Below, in pieces: positions 1 to 9,304 of a stretch of 64,000 nucleotides of DNA (position 1 is its first letter; each line of letters starts with the position of its first letter). The position numbers were made by a program, and so were the translations under genes. The DNA comes from Myxococcota bacterium. Its GTDB lineage: Bacteria > Myxococcota_A > UBA9160 > UBA6930. The notes beneath the pieces were generated by a model. That model ran no database searches and was not told the origin of the DNA. It worked only from the letters and a program-made list of their open reading frames with translations. The stretch covers positions 2,720,001 to 2,784,000 of the forward strand of contig OZ245002.1 of NCBI GenBank assembly GCA_965223415.1. The letters are read 5' to 3'.

Positions 1-726
1 CAGCCCGAGCCCGCTCGAGAGCGGCCAGCCGAGGAGCCAGCTCGTGGTCGCGGGGCCGAGGGCGACGAAACCCCACGCCCAGTGGCGCCCGAGGAAGGTG
101 CGGGGCGCTACCTCCGGCGGAAAGAGCTCCATGGCCTGCACGATGAAGGCGAAGAGGCCGAAGGAAGCGGCGAGCGCCAGCAGGAGGGAGAGGACCGTCT
201 GCCACGGCGTCGCGCCGAAGAAGGTCGCCCACATGAGTCCGTGGGTCACGCCGGCCAGGAACCAGGCCCGGGCATGGCGCGTGCCGCCGCCCCGAAGGAG
301 CACGGCAACCGCCGCGAGGCCGGAGAAGACGATCATCGGCAGCATGCGCCAGGGCGCGGGCACACGATCGATCTCTACGCGGTGCCGCATCGGACCGCCG
401 GGCCCCGCCACCGTCACTTCGAAGCCCAGCTCCTCGTCGACCTGGGACCAGGCCGCGGCGACGAAGCCGATGCGACTGGCCCCGGTCAGGTCCAGCTCGC
501 CCACGCGCAGAAGCTGCGTGCCCGGCGCGAGCGCAGGGTGGCCCTCCGGCGCGCCGGCGAGCCACTCCCGGAAGCGGGGCGGGCCGTCGGGCACGGGTTC
601 GATCAGGAGCGGCATCCAGCCGATCCGGCCGTCGGCCACCCGCGCCGAGTGGAGCAGGACCGCCAGGGTCCAGAGCGGCACCAGGACCACCAGCAGGGCG
701 ATGTCGATGCGGCGGAGCGATCTCAC
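1..726 (-). CDS. Multi-pass membrane protein, N-terminal part (possible sensor); runs off the window start
   Basis: Hand translation MRSLRRIDIALLVVLVPLWTLAVLL...; GTG start overlaps the lnt stop (GTGA); N-terminal TM, a soluble segment, then several hydrophobic helices. Confidence 0.6.
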   Translation of the reverse strand, partial: MRSLRRIDIALLVVLVPLWTLAVLLHSARVADGRIGWMPLLIEPVPDGPPRFREWLAGAPEGHPALAPGTQLLRVGELDLTGASRIGFVAAAWSQVDEELGFEVTVAGPGGPMRHRVEIDRVPAPWRMLPMIVFSGLAAVAVLLRGGGTRHARAWFLAGVTHGLMWATFFGATPWQTVLSLLLALAASFGLFAFIVQAMELFPPEVAPRTFLGRHWAWGFVALGPATTSWLLGWPLSSGLGL

Positions 727-2258
727 GCCCGGGACCACCCCAGCGAAGCGACCAGGGCGATCAGGGCCAGGCCGACCGACGGCCCGTCCCCGAGAGCGAG
801 GTAGGGCGAGCCGCCGCCGCCGGTGGGCAGCTCGGCGACCAGCACGGCCTCTCCTCCGATCGGGCCGCGCTTCACGACGGCGCCGCGGGGATCGATCAGT
901 GCCGAGAGCCCGGTCGGTGTCGCGCGGACCAGGGACCGTCGCGTCTCGATGGCGCGGAAGCGCGCCGCGACGAGCTGCTGCTCCGATGCGCTGGCCGCGC
1001 CGAACCAGACGTCGTTCGAGGGGTTCACCAGCACGTCGGCGCCGGCGCGCACGACCGCGCGCGCCTGGCTCGGGAGCATCGCCTCGGAGCAGAGCAGGGA
1101 TCCGGCGCGGTGCGCGTCGGAGATGCGGATCAGGCGGAGCTCGCCGGGCGAGAGCCGATCGTTGCCGAGCGGGAGCCAGCCACCGAGCGGCTGCGCCTCG
1201 GAGAAAGGCATCAGCTCCACCTTGTCCGCGGTCCCGGCGATCCGTCCACGACTCAGGGCGAAGAGCGCGTTGTATGCGCGTCCCGCCTCCTCCCGCGGCG
1301 CGCCGACGAGCAGGCCCGCGCCGAGCGCGCGGCTCAGGCGGAGGAGGTCGCGGGCGCGGGTGGTGCGTCCGTCGGGGCGAAAGTCGGCGGCGCCCTCGGG
1401 CCACACCACCCAGTCCGGCGCGTAGCTCCGTACGGCCTCCCGGGTGGCCGCGGCGTAGGTGACCAGGTTGCGCTGCGAGTCGGCCAGTGTCTCGAGGCTC
1501 TGGGGTGCGTGGCCGATCTGCACGACGGCGACGCGCAGCGTCGGCTCGGCGATCGGCACCGTGTGGAGACGCCACGCGCCGTAGCCCCACGCCGCCCCCA
1601 GGGCCGCCGCGACGGCGACGAGCTCCCGCAGCCGCACCCGGCCGAGCAGCGCTCCGGCGAGGGCGGCGTTGACCGCGGCGACCAGCGCACCGAGCCCCCA
1701 CGGCCCGGCCAGGTCGGCGGCTTGGACCAGGGCCCCGTCCATGGGGAGGCCATAGGCCGTCAGCGCCCACGGGTTGGGAACGAGCAGACGGACCCGGGCC
1801 CATTCGCAGAGCATCCACGCTGCCGCGACCGGGAGGACGCCCGCCTGGGGCCCGAAGCGCGAGAGCACGGTGCCGAACACCGCCGTGTAGCCACCCACGA
1901 TCCCCACCGAGGCGACGGCCGCCGTCGCGAGGCGCACCTCCGGGGCCAGCTCGAAGTAGCGTCCGATGAGCTCGGGAAGCCAAGGCGCCGTCCCGGCGGT
2001 GACGCCGAAGCCCCAACACAGGCCCGCCAGGGCCGCCCGGCCGGGTGGGCTCGATGCCGCCACGGCGAAGAAGGGGGCCAGCGCCACCCAGACCACCGGG
2101 CTCCAGCCGAGCGGCGGGAACGCTGTCGCGTAGGCCAGCCCGGACCCGAGCGCGACGACGGGGCCGACCCACCCGGCCGTCCATGACCTCGGGGGAGCCT
2201 CGTCACGCGCACCCGCTGGGCTGGCGAAGGCCTGCATCGACGAGATCATAGGCGGCAC
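723..2258 (-). CDS. lnt: Apolipoprotein N-acyltransferase
   Basis: N-terminal TMs (AFPPLGW), nitrilase-fold triad motifs WPEGA, DKVELMPFSE, LLCSEA, plus NPSNDVWFG and RFRAIETRR. Confidence 0.9.
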   Translation of the reverse strand: MPPMISSMQAFASPAGARDEAPPRSWTAGWVGPVVALGSGLAYATAFPPLGWSPVVWVALAPFFAVAASSPPGRAALAGLCWGFGVTAGTAPWLPELIGRYFELAPEVRLATAAVASVGIVGGYTAVFGTVLSRFGPQAGVLPVAAAWMLCEWARVRLLVPNPWALTAYGLPMDGALVQAADLAGPWGLGALVAAVNAALAGALLGRVRLRELVAVAAALGAAWGYGAWRLHTVPIAEPTLRVAVVQIGHAPQSLETLADSQRNLVTYAAATREAVRSYAPDWVVWPEGAADFRPDGRTTRARDLLRLSRALGAGLLVGAPREEAGRAYNALFALSRGRIAGTADKVELMPFSEAQPLGGWLPLGNDRLSPGELRLIRISDAHRAGSLLCSEAMLPSQARAVVRAGADVLVNPSNDVWFGAASASEQQLVAARFRAIETRRSLVRATPTGLSALIDPRGAVVKRGPIGGEAVLVAELPTGGGGSPYLALGDGPSVGLALIALVASLGWSRA

Positions 2259-2384
2259 CGGGGCGCGCGAGCCCGGAGGGAACCTGCCCGGCTCGGGCGC
2301 CGATCGCTGTGAAGGGATTCACACCCACGGCGCGGTCGATCGACGCTACCATGCGGCGTCGTTCCCCTGGATACGGAGGTCTCG

Positions 2385-3071
2385 ATGCGACGGCTGTACC
2401 GAGCGATCGCGATCCTGATGCTCTTCGGAGTCGCGGCCTGGGCGAGCATCCCCGGCGCCACCCCGGGAAAGAACGCCGAGGGCCTGCTCCATGCCTGCGT
2501 CGACCACGAGCCGGGCCACCCGGAGTACATCGTCTGCGACGACCAGATCGGTGGCCAACGCGACGCGCCCTACACGGGCGCGGAATGCACCGCGGCGGGC
2601 CTGCCGCCGGTGTGCGTGATCGACTTCGTCGATGGCGCCCGGGCGCGCGGCCTGCTGACCCTCGTCTCCGACGAGACGGCCACCGGAGCCCGCGCCACTG
2701 CCACCTTCCGGTTCCGCGCCGGCGGCGTCCGTCACATCCTCGCCGACACCTTTGCCGACGACGTGCTCGGCAACTGGAACGGGATCACCAGCATCCTCGG
2801 CGAGGCGGCGGTGTTCGAGCAGGTCCCCTTCGAGGTGGCGCCGCACGAATACCAGTACATGACAGGCAACCTGGGCCCGATGGCCGACGAGATCACGGCA
2901 ATCGTCGACGCTGCGAGGCCCGCCGTCGACCTGAGCGGAGCGGTCCCCGTGTTCGTCGACATGGTGCCGAACCCGGACTCCTTGGAATCGGACCAGTCGG
3001 GCTTCGACGAGCCGCTGGCCTCCGTCGGCCGCCATCGGATCGAACTACACTTCGCGCGGCTGCGGCCCTGA
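2385..3071 (+). CDS. Secreted Cys-containing hypothetical protein (paralog A)
   Basis: GGAGG RBS, signal peptide, 4 Cys, strong similarity to the next ORF. Confidence 0.75.
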   Translation: MRRLYRAIAILMLFGVAAWASIPGATPGKNAEGLLHACVDHEPGHPEYIVCDDQIGGQRDAPYTGAECTAAGLPPVCVIDFVDGARARGLLTLVSDETATGARATATFRFRAGGVRHILADTFADDVLGNWNGITSILGEAAVFEQVPFEVAPHEYQYMTGNLGPMADEITAIVDAARPAVDLSGAVPVFVDMVPNPDSLESDQSGFDEPLASVGRHRIELHFARLRP

Positions 3072-3091
3072 GCGAAGGGGAGGAGAGCACC

Positions 3092-3787
3092 ATGCGTTTC
3101 CTGAGACACACCGCGGCCGTGGCCGCGCTGGCCGGAGTCGCTGCCTGGGCGAGCATCCCCGGCAACGTGGATCCCCGCTCCTTCGAGGGGCTGCTCCACG
3201 TCTGCGTCGACGAGGAGCCCGGCCATCCCCAGTACATCGTGTGCGACGACCAGGCCGGCGGCTTCCCGGACGCCCCGTACACGGGCGCCGAGTGCACCGC
3301 TGCGGGCTTGCCCGCGGCGTGCGAGATCGACTTCATCCCGGGCGCGAAGGCGAACGGTCTGCTCACCCTCATCGCCGACGACACGCCCTTCCCCGAGAAC
3401 CCGCGCACGACGATCCTGTATCGCTTCCGTGCGGGAGGTGCGCCGCACCTGGTGGCGGACACGTTCGACACAGACTCCCTGGGCAACTGGAATGCGCTCA
3501 ACATCGACGGCGGCGAGATCGCGGTGTTCGGGAACATCAGCACCCAGGACACCTCGGTCACCGAGTTCCAGTTCATGGACGGCAACCTCTCCGATCTCGG
3601 GGACGAGATCACGGCGATCGTCGACGCGGCCGAGCCGGGCATCGACCTCTCGGGAGCGGTCCCGGTCTTCATCGAGGCGACCCACCGGCCGGACAAGCTC
3701 GAGTCCGACCAGTCGGCCTTCGACCAGCCGCTGGCCTCGCTCGCCCGGCATCGGATGAAGGTCCGCTTCGCGAGACTGCGCCCCTAG
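3092..3787 (+). CDS. Secreted Cys-containing hypothetical protein (paralog B)
   Basis: AGGAG RBS, MRFLRHTAAVAALAGVAAWA signal; shares EGLLHxCVDxEPGHPxYIVCDDQ and the FARLRP C-terminus with paralog A. Confidence 0.75.
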   Translation: MRFLRHTAAVAALAGVAAWASIPGNVDPRSFEGLLHVCVDEEPGHPQYIVCDDQAGGFPDAPYTGAECTAAGLPAACEIDFIPGAKANGLLTLIADDTPFPENPRTTILYRFRAGGAPHLVADTFDTDSLGNWNALNIDGGEIAVFGNISTQDTSVTEFQFMDGNLSDLGDEITAIVDAAEPGIDLSGAVPVFIEATHRPDKLESDQSAFDQPLASLARHRMKVRFARLRP

Positions 3788-3829
3788 TCCTCGACGCTCA
3801 CGGCCGAGGAGCTAGCGTCGCGGGTTCCC

Positions 3830-4549
3830 ATGAAACCGACGACGATCTTCATCCCTGCCTACCAGGCCGAGCAGACCATCGAGGCGGTGATCGAGCGCGT
3901 TCCCGAGGCGTTCTGGCCCTCGGTGTGCGAGGTGATCGTCATCAACGACGGCAGCCGGGACGACACCAGTGGCGCCGTCCGCCGCGCCGCCGAGCGCTTC
4001 CCGAAGGTACGGCTGGTCGAGGAGCCCGAGAACCACGGCTACGGCGCGGCCGTGCGCAAGGGCTTGCGGCTCTCCCTCGATACGCCGGCCGAGTACGTCG
4101 TGTGCCTGCACGCCGACGGCCAGTACCCGCCGGAGAAGATGCCCGCGTTCGTGCCCTACATGGCAGAGCACGGCATCGACGTGCTGCAGGGCTCGCGCCA
4201 CAAGGAGGGCACAGCGAGCCAGGGCGGCATGCCCTTCTACAAGGTGGTGGCCGGCCAGGTCCTCACGTGGATGGAGAACCGCACCTTCGACCTGGAGATG
4301 ACCGACTATCACTCCGGGTTCATGCTCTACAGCCGGAAGGCGGTGGAGAGCGTCCCCTTCGAGGAGCTCTCCTACTATTTCGACTTCGATCTCGAGGTGA
4401 TCGCCACCGCCCGGGCTCGGGGCCTGGTCGTGGGCGAGCTCGGCATCCCCACCCGCTATGCGGACGAAGAGAGCCACCTGAACCCGATCTGGTACGGCCT
4501 GCGCTGCCTCCGGGTGATGCTGCGCTACCGACTCGGCCGCTACGCCTAG
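3830..4549 (+). CDS. Glycosyltransferase family 2 (DPM1-like)
   Basis: IPAYQAE, INDGSRDDT, NHGYGAA, HADGQY motifs. Confidence 0.9.
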   Translation: MKPTTIFIPAYQAEQTIEAVIERVPEAFWPSVCEVIVINDGSRDDTSGAVRRAAERFPKVRLVEEPENHGYGAAVRKGLRLSLDTPAEYVVCLHADGQYPPEKMPAFVPYMAEHGIDVLQGSRHKEGTASQGGMPFYKVVAGQVLTWMENRTFDLEMTDYHSGFMLYSRKAVESVPFEELSYYFDFDLEVIATARARGLVVGELGIPTRYADEESHLNPIWYGLRCLRVMLRYRLGRYA

Positions 4550-4589
4550 CCGGCTCAAGCCCGGGCACCGCGCGGACGATCCGCTCCCC

Positions 4590-4919
4590 ATGCGGGGCGA
4601 GCCGATCGCGATGAGCAATACCGAGGAGATCCCCGGGCGCCGGATCCGGGAGCTCCACGGCGTGGTGTCCGGCAGCACGGTGCGCGCCAAGCACCTGGGC
4701 AGGGACATCATGGCGGGCCTCAAGAACCTGGTCGGCGGCGAGCTGAAGGGCTACACGGAGCTCCTCCAGGAGGCGCGCCACGAGGCCACCGAGCGCATGC
4801 TCGAGCAGGCCCGCGCCGCCGGCGCGAACGCGGTGGTGAACGTGCGCTTCCAGACCAGCTCGGTGGCCCAGGGCGCGGCGGAGCTGTTCGCCTACGGCAC
4901 CGCGGTCACGGTGGAGTAG
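4590..4919 (+). CDS. YbjQ/UPF0145 family protein
   Basis: DIMAGLKNLVGGELKGYTELL...GANAVVNVRF...AYGTAV. Confidence 0.9.
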   Translation: MRGEPIAMSNTEEIPGRRIRELHGVVSGSTVRAKHLGRDIMAGLKNLVGGELKGYTELLQEARHEATERMLEQARAAGANAVVNVRFQTSSVAQGAAELFAYGTAVTVE

Positions 4920-4922
4920 GGG

Positions 4923-5414
4923 GTGGACGGCGCGCCGGATCCGGTGGGCCCGGGCTTCTGGCTGCGCCTGCTCATGCCCTTCCTGCTGCTGGCCCTGGGC
5001 TTCCTCGTGGGCAAGGCCGTCGAGAGCACGCACCTGCGGCGTCTGCGCCTGCGGGAGATCCGCTGGCGCCGGATCCCGGCATCGACCCTGGACGCCCCGC
5101 CCGACGGCTGGAAGGTCGCCCGCACCGGCCTGGTGGACGGCTCGGTGGTGATCTCGATCGACTACTGGAAGCGCTTCCTCGCGGTGCTGCGCGCGATCGT
5201 CGGCGGCCGCCTCCGCGCCTACGAGTCCCTCCTCGAGCGCGCCCGTCGCGAGGCGCTGCTCCGCATGAAGGAGCGCGCCCACGAGCAGGGCTTCCACGGC
5301 GTCGTGGGCGTGCGTCTCGAGACCGCCCGGCTCGCCAGCGCCAGCCGGGACGGCGAGGGCACGGCGGGGGTCGAGGTGTTGGCGTTCGGGACCGGCCTCG
5401 AGCGCGTCTCCTAG
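4923..5414 (+). CDS. Membrane-anchored YbjQ/UPF0145 family protein
   Basis: N-terminal TM; IVGGRLRAYESLLERARREA...GVRLET...EVLAFGT. Confidence 0.85.
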   Translation: MDGAPDPVGPGFWLRLLMPFLLLALGFLVGKAVESTHLRRLRLREIRWRRIPASTLDAPPDGWKVARTGLVDGSVVISIDYWKRFLAVLRAIVGGRLRAYESLLERARREALLRMKERAHEQGFHGVVGVRLETARLASASRDGEGTAGVEVLAFGTGLERVS

Positions 5415-5422
5415 GCCTCAGC

Positions 5423-5623
5423 TCAGCCCGGCCGCACGGCGCAGTCGCCTCTGTCACACTGAACGGTGTAGGATTGGCCTTCGCAGCCGAACCGGAAGCC
5501 GTCGCCCGCCTCGGTCAGGCGGGCCTCCGGGCAGACCTCGTGGGCCGCAACGTGGGCAGCGCGCTGGTCGCCGAAGACCAGGTGCAGGACGACGATGACG
5601 ATGGCGACGGGGACGGCGAGCAT
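5423..5623 (-). CDS. Small membrane-anchored Cys-containing hypothetical protein
   Basis: MLAVPVAIVIVVLHLVFG hydrophobic stretch followed by 4 Cys; start uncertain. Confidence 0.45.
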   Translation of the reverse strand: MLAVPVAIVIVVLHLVFGDQRAAHVAAHEVCPEARLTEAGDGFRFGCEGQSYTVQCDRGDCAVRPG

Positions 5624-5703
5624 GGGGATGGCCTTTCTCGGTTTCGCATGGGATGGATCGGGCGCGGCACTCCATGGACGCGCGAGTCGCGAGGAGGTTC
5701 CCC

Positions 5704-5730
5704 GAAACCTTTTCCGTCCTGCGCCGTCTA
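5704..5730 (+). promoter_or_regulatory. ECF-sigma-type promoter GAAAC-N16-CGTCTA upstream of the ECF sigma gene
   Basis: Fits the general ECF -35 AAC / -10 CGTC pattern; 25 nt before the ATG at 5756. Confidence 0.65.
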
Positions 5731-5755
5731 TCAGGAGACGCCCGTTGGAGATGCC

Positions 5756-6433
5756 ATGACCCTCCCGCAGCCCCATCCGGTCGCCGCCCATCCGGCGAGC
5801 GACGAGGAGATCGTTGCGCGCGTCCTCGAGGGCGACGCCGCCCTCTACGAGATCCTGATGCGCCGCCACAACCAGCGGATGTACCGGGCCGTCCGCTCGA
5901 TCCTGAAGAGCGAGAGCGAGGTGGAGGACATCCTGCAGGAGGCCTACCTGGCGGCCTTCGAGCACCTCCGGAGCTTCGACGGCCGGGCGCGGGTCTCCAC
6001 CTGGCTGGTACGGATCGCGGTCAACAAGGCCCTCGATCGGCTGCGACGCTCGTCTCGGCTCGTGGCCCTGGATGGCTGGCCCGAGGAGGACATTCCGGCC
6101 CCCGACCCGCCGGGAGCCGTCGCACCGAGCCCCGAGAGCCAGAGCGTTTCCCACGAGCTCACACGGCTGTTGGCGCGCGCCATCGACGCCCTGCCCGCCA
6201 TCTACCGCAGCGTCTACGTGATGCGCGAGGTGGAAGGGCTCAGCACCGACGACACGGCGGCCTGCCTCGATCTCGAGCCCGCCACGGTGAAGACCCGGCT
6301 CCATCGGGCGCGGGCCCGGCTTCGTGCAGACCTCGTGCGCGAGGTCGGCGCGTCCGCACGGGAGACCTTCTGCTTCGGCTCGACGCGCTGCGACGAGCTG
6401 GTCGCCCGCGTCCTCGGGAGCCTCCCCGCCTGA
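5756..6433 (+). CDS. ECF RNA polymerase sigma-70 factor
   Basis: Region 2 EDILQEAYLAAF...STWLVRIAVN; region 4 EGLSTDDTAACL...TVKTRLHRAR. Confidence 0.92.
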   Translation: MTLPQPHPVAAHPASDEEIVARVLEGDAALYEILMRRHNQRMYRAVRSILKSESEVEDILQEAYLAAFEHLRSFDGRARVSTWLVRIAVNKALDRLRRSSRLVALDGWPEEDIPAPDPPGAVAPSPESQSVSHELTRLLARAIDALPAIYRSVYVMREVEGLSTDDTAACLDLEPATVKTRLHRARARLRADLVREVGASARETFCFGSTRCDELVARVLGSLPA

Positions 6434-6442
6434 GCGAGGCCT

Positions 6443-7540
6443 CTACCGCGGCTGCGCCGGGTGCAGCCCCTTCTCGCGACCGTACTGCTCGAAGTAGTGG
6501 GTCATCGTGATGCGAAGGGTCTCGCGCAGGCTCGTCTTCGGCTTCCAGCCGAGGCGGGCCTCGGCCTTGCGGATGTCCGGGACGCGGCGGTCGCAATCCT
6601 CGTAGCCCTCGCCGTAGAACTTCTTGCCCGGGATCTCCTCGACCGGGTGCGTGAGGAACGATTCCCTGCCGGTGATCTCGGCGGCGAGCTCGCGCATCAT
6701 GTGCGCGAGCTCCTTCATCGTCACCTCGCCGCCCCGGTTGCCGACGTTGAAGACCTGGTTCTGGGAGCCCCTCGGGTTGTCGAGCATGAGCGTGAGGGCG
6801 TCGACGGCGTCGTCGATGTAGGTGATGGTGCGGTAGGCACCGCCGCCGTCGACGAGCTGGAGCGGCTGGCCGTCGAGAAGGGCTGTCATGAAGCAGGCGA
6901 GCACCCGCGGCACGCCCTCGCCGTCGCGGCCGGGAATGAAGTCCATGCGCGCGCCGAACCAGTTGTAGGGCCGGATGATCGTGAACGGCATCCCGTTCTC
7001 GACGCTGTGGGCGAAGATGTAGCGCTCGAAGAGCTGCTTCGCGGTGGCATAGCTCCAGCGGTGGTTCTTGCTGGGACCCATGATGAGCGGCGTCTCGTCC
7101 TCGCGCTGCTCGTAGAGATCCGGGTCGTCGTAGTCGTCCGCGGGCACGTAGCTGGAGAGCGTGCGGCCGTAGACCTCGCAGGTGGAGGTGTGGATCAGCC
7201 AGCTGCGGTGCTTCGAGCACAGGTCGATCAGCGCGTAGGCGTCGATGAAGTTCGACTGGATCGTCTTCACCGGGCTCGACACGTACTGGGCCGGCGTGCA
7301 GACGGCGGCCAGGGAGAAGACCGCGTCGGCCTCGGCGACGTGGGGCTCGATCTCCTCGAAGGTCGTGTCGGCGTCGATGTAGCGCTGGTGGAAGCTCAGG
7401 TTCGCGTTGTCGAGGTGCTGGGAGATCTTGTCGAAGGACACATCCCAGCCCTCGATGCGGACGTCGCCGGCAGCCAGCAGCCGATCGGTGAGGTGGCTGC
7501 CCACGAAGCCACCGCAGCCGAGGATGATCACCTTCTTCAC
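6443..7540 (-). CDS. NAD-dependent UDP-glucuronate decarboxylase, UDP-apiose/UDP-xylose synthase-like
   Basis: GxxGxxG; LAAVCTP, STCEVYG, RWSYATAK, RMDFIPG, GVPRVLACF, FYGEGYED match plant AXS-type motifs as recalled. Confidence 0.8.
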   Translation of the reverse strand: MKKVIILGCGGFVGSHLTDRLLAAGDVRIEGWDVSFDKISQHLDNANLSFHQRYIDADTTFEEIEPHVAEADAVFSLAAVCTPAQYVSSPVKTIQSNFIDAYALIDLCSKHRSWLIHTSTCEVYGRTLSSYVPADDYDDPDLYEQREDETPLIMGPSKNHRWSYATAKQLFERYIFAHSVENGMPFTIIRPYNWFGARMDFIPGRDGEGVPRVLACFMTALLDGQPLQLVDGGGAYRTITYIDDAVDALTLMLDNPRGSQNQVFNVGNRGGEVTMKELAHMMRELAAEITGRESFLTHPVEEIPGKKFYGEGYEDCDRRVPDIRKAEARLGWKPKTSLRETLRITMTHYFEQYGREKGLHPAQPR

Positions 7541-7702
7541 GGCCTTCCCCTCCCACCCGATCGCCGAGCACGACGGCGTGGAATGCTGCGGCGCTCGCAC
7601 AGCTGGACCACATGCCCCCCCGCCTCGGGCGCCCTGGAATTAGCATTCGATGAAGCGGGGCGCGACCTCCCCGCGGGGGAGGCCCACCTCGACCTCCGGG
7701 AC

Positions 7703-7731
7703 TTGAAAACCCCCCTGGCAGGCCGTAGAGT
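7703..7731 (+). promoter_or_regulatory. Sigma70-like promoter TTGAAA-N17-TAGAGT
   Basis: Near-consensus hexamers with 17-nt spacing, upstream of the operon. Confidence 0.6.
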
Positions 7732-7741
7732 GCGCCGATCG

Positions 7742-7764
7742 AAATTGAAAGCCAATTTCAATTT
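7742..7764 (+). promoter_or_regulatory. Palindromic operator AAATTGAAA-N5-TTTCAATTT (Fur-box-like)
   Basis: Perfect 9-bp AT-rich inverted repeat just downstream of the -10 in GC-rich DNA. Confidence 0.65.
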
Positions 7765-7787
7765 GGCGCCCCCATCAGCGAGCCCCT

Positions 7788-7985
7788 GTGAGCCCGATGC
7801 CCGCCTCCTCCACCCGCACCCGCGATTGCCGTTGCGCCTGCGGGAGCCTGCTCGCACGGCAGGTCGGAGGCGGCGTCGAGCTCAAGTGCCGCCGCTGCAA
7901 GCGGACGACCTGGATCCCGCTGGAGAAGCCCAACCCGGAGGCCCGAGGCCGAGCGTCCAGAGCCCAGACGACTGGAGGCGCCTGA
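7788..7985 (+). CDS. Small Com-like zinc-finger protein
   Basis: CRCACGSLLAR...VELKCRRCKR resembles the phage Mu Com family. Confidence 0.65.
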   Translation: MSPMPASSTRTRDCRCACGSLLARQVGGGVELKCRRCKRTTWIPLEKPNPEARGRASRAQTTGGA

Positions 7986-7986
7986 C

Positions 7987-9288
7987 ATGGCCCGCCCGCT
8001 CGCTCTCGCTCTGCTCGCCCTCCTCCTGATGCCCGCTGCGGCCTCGTCCGAGGAAGGGGCCGACGCGATCCGCGCCCGGGACGACAAAATCGAAGACCTC
8101 GAACGCAAGGTGGACCTGCTCGTCGACGAGCTCTCCCGCCTGCGCACCCAGGTGGCGGTGCCGGACGAGCCGGAGCTGACCAGCCTCTACGGCCTCGGCC
8201 CAGCGGCCTCCAAGGTCTACGGCCTGGACCGCGGCCTCTCGATCGGCGGCTACGGCGAGGGCTTCTACACGAACTTCGTCGGCGACGAGTCCGACAGCGA
8301 CCGCGACACCGCCGACTTCCTCCGGCTCGTCATGTACATGGGGTACAAGTTCTCGGAGAACATCGTCTTCAACTCCGAGATCGAGTTCGAGCACGCCTCG
8401 ACCGACCGGGCCGGATCGGCCTCCGTCGAGCTGGCCACCCTCGACTTCTTCTGGAAGCCCGAGATGAACTTCCGCGTCGGCATGCTGCTGCTGCCGATGG
8501 GCTTCCTCAACGAGATCCACGAGCCGCCGTTCTTCTACGGCGTCCAGCGCCCCGAAGTCGAGCGTCGCATCCTCCCGAGCACCTGGCGCGAGAACGGCGT
8601 CGGCATCTTCGGACGGATCGGCGAGGGCTTCGAGTACCGCAGCTACGTCACGACGGGCTTCGACGGCTCGCGCTTCTCGGACGCGGGGATCCGCGGCGGT
8701 CGCCAGAAGGGCAGCCAGGCCCTGGCCGAGGACCTCGCCTGGGTCACCCGCGTCGACTACACGCCGGAGCTCGTGCCGGGCCTGCAGGTCGGAGGTTCCT
8801 TCTACGTCGGCGACTCGGGGCAGGACCTCGAGACCGCCGTCGGGGACGTCCCGGACGCGCAGCTGTGGCTCGGCGAGGCGCACCTCCAGTACCGGAACGG
8901 TCCGTTCCACACCCGGGCGCTCTTCGCCATGTCCCGGCTCTCGGACGCCGGCGACCTGAACGCGGCCCTGGGGCGGCCCACGGAAGCGCCGATCGCCGAC
9001 ACCATGCTCGGGGGCTACGCGGAGGTGGCCTACGACGTGTGGCCTGCGCTCTTCGGCAACGAGGAAAAGGCCCTCGAGCCCTTCCTGCGGGTCGAATACG
9101 TGGACACCCAGCATCAGGTGCCGAACGGCTACTCGGCGAACCGCAGCCGCGCGTACTGGCTGTACACGCCGGGCGTCAACTTCTACCCGCACCCGAACGT
9201 GGTGCTCAAGCTCGAGTACCGGAACTTCAACACGCGGGGCGGCACGCGGGCCGACGAGCTGTCCGTGGGGATGGGCTTTGCGTTCTAG
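7987..9288 (+). CDS. Outer-membrane beta-barrel porin-like protein
   Basis: Signal peptide, coiled coil, SIGGYGE, FNSEIEFEH, NEIHEPPFF, ILPSTWRE, C-terminal Phe. Confidence 0.8.
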   Translation: MARPLALALLALLLMPAAASSEEGADAIRARDDKIEDLERKVDLLVDELSRLRTQVAVPDEPELTSLYGLGPAASKVYGLDRGLSIGGYGEGFYTNFVGDESDSDRDTADFLRLVMYMGYKFSENIVFNSEIEFEHASTDRAGSASVELATLDFFWKPEMNFRVGMLLLPMGFLNEIHEPPFFYGVQRPEVERRILPSTWRENGVGIFGRIGEGFEYRSYVTTGFDGSRFSDAGIRGGRQKGSQALAEDLAWVTRVDYTPELVPGLQVGGSFYVGDSGQDLETAVGDVPDAQLWLGEAHLQYRNGPFHTRALFAMSRLSDAGDLNAALGRPTEAPIADTMLGGYAEVAYDVWPALFGNEEKALEPFLRVEYVDTQHQVPNGYSANRSRAYWLYTPGVNFYPHPNVVLKLEYRNFNTRGGTRADELSVGMGFAF

Positions 9289-9304
9289 GCCTCATCCGAC
9301 GTTG

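Noticed and set aside
7788..7985. Prophage remnant implied by the Com-like gene
   Set aside because: No other phage genes nearby, and the context is an envelope redox operon.
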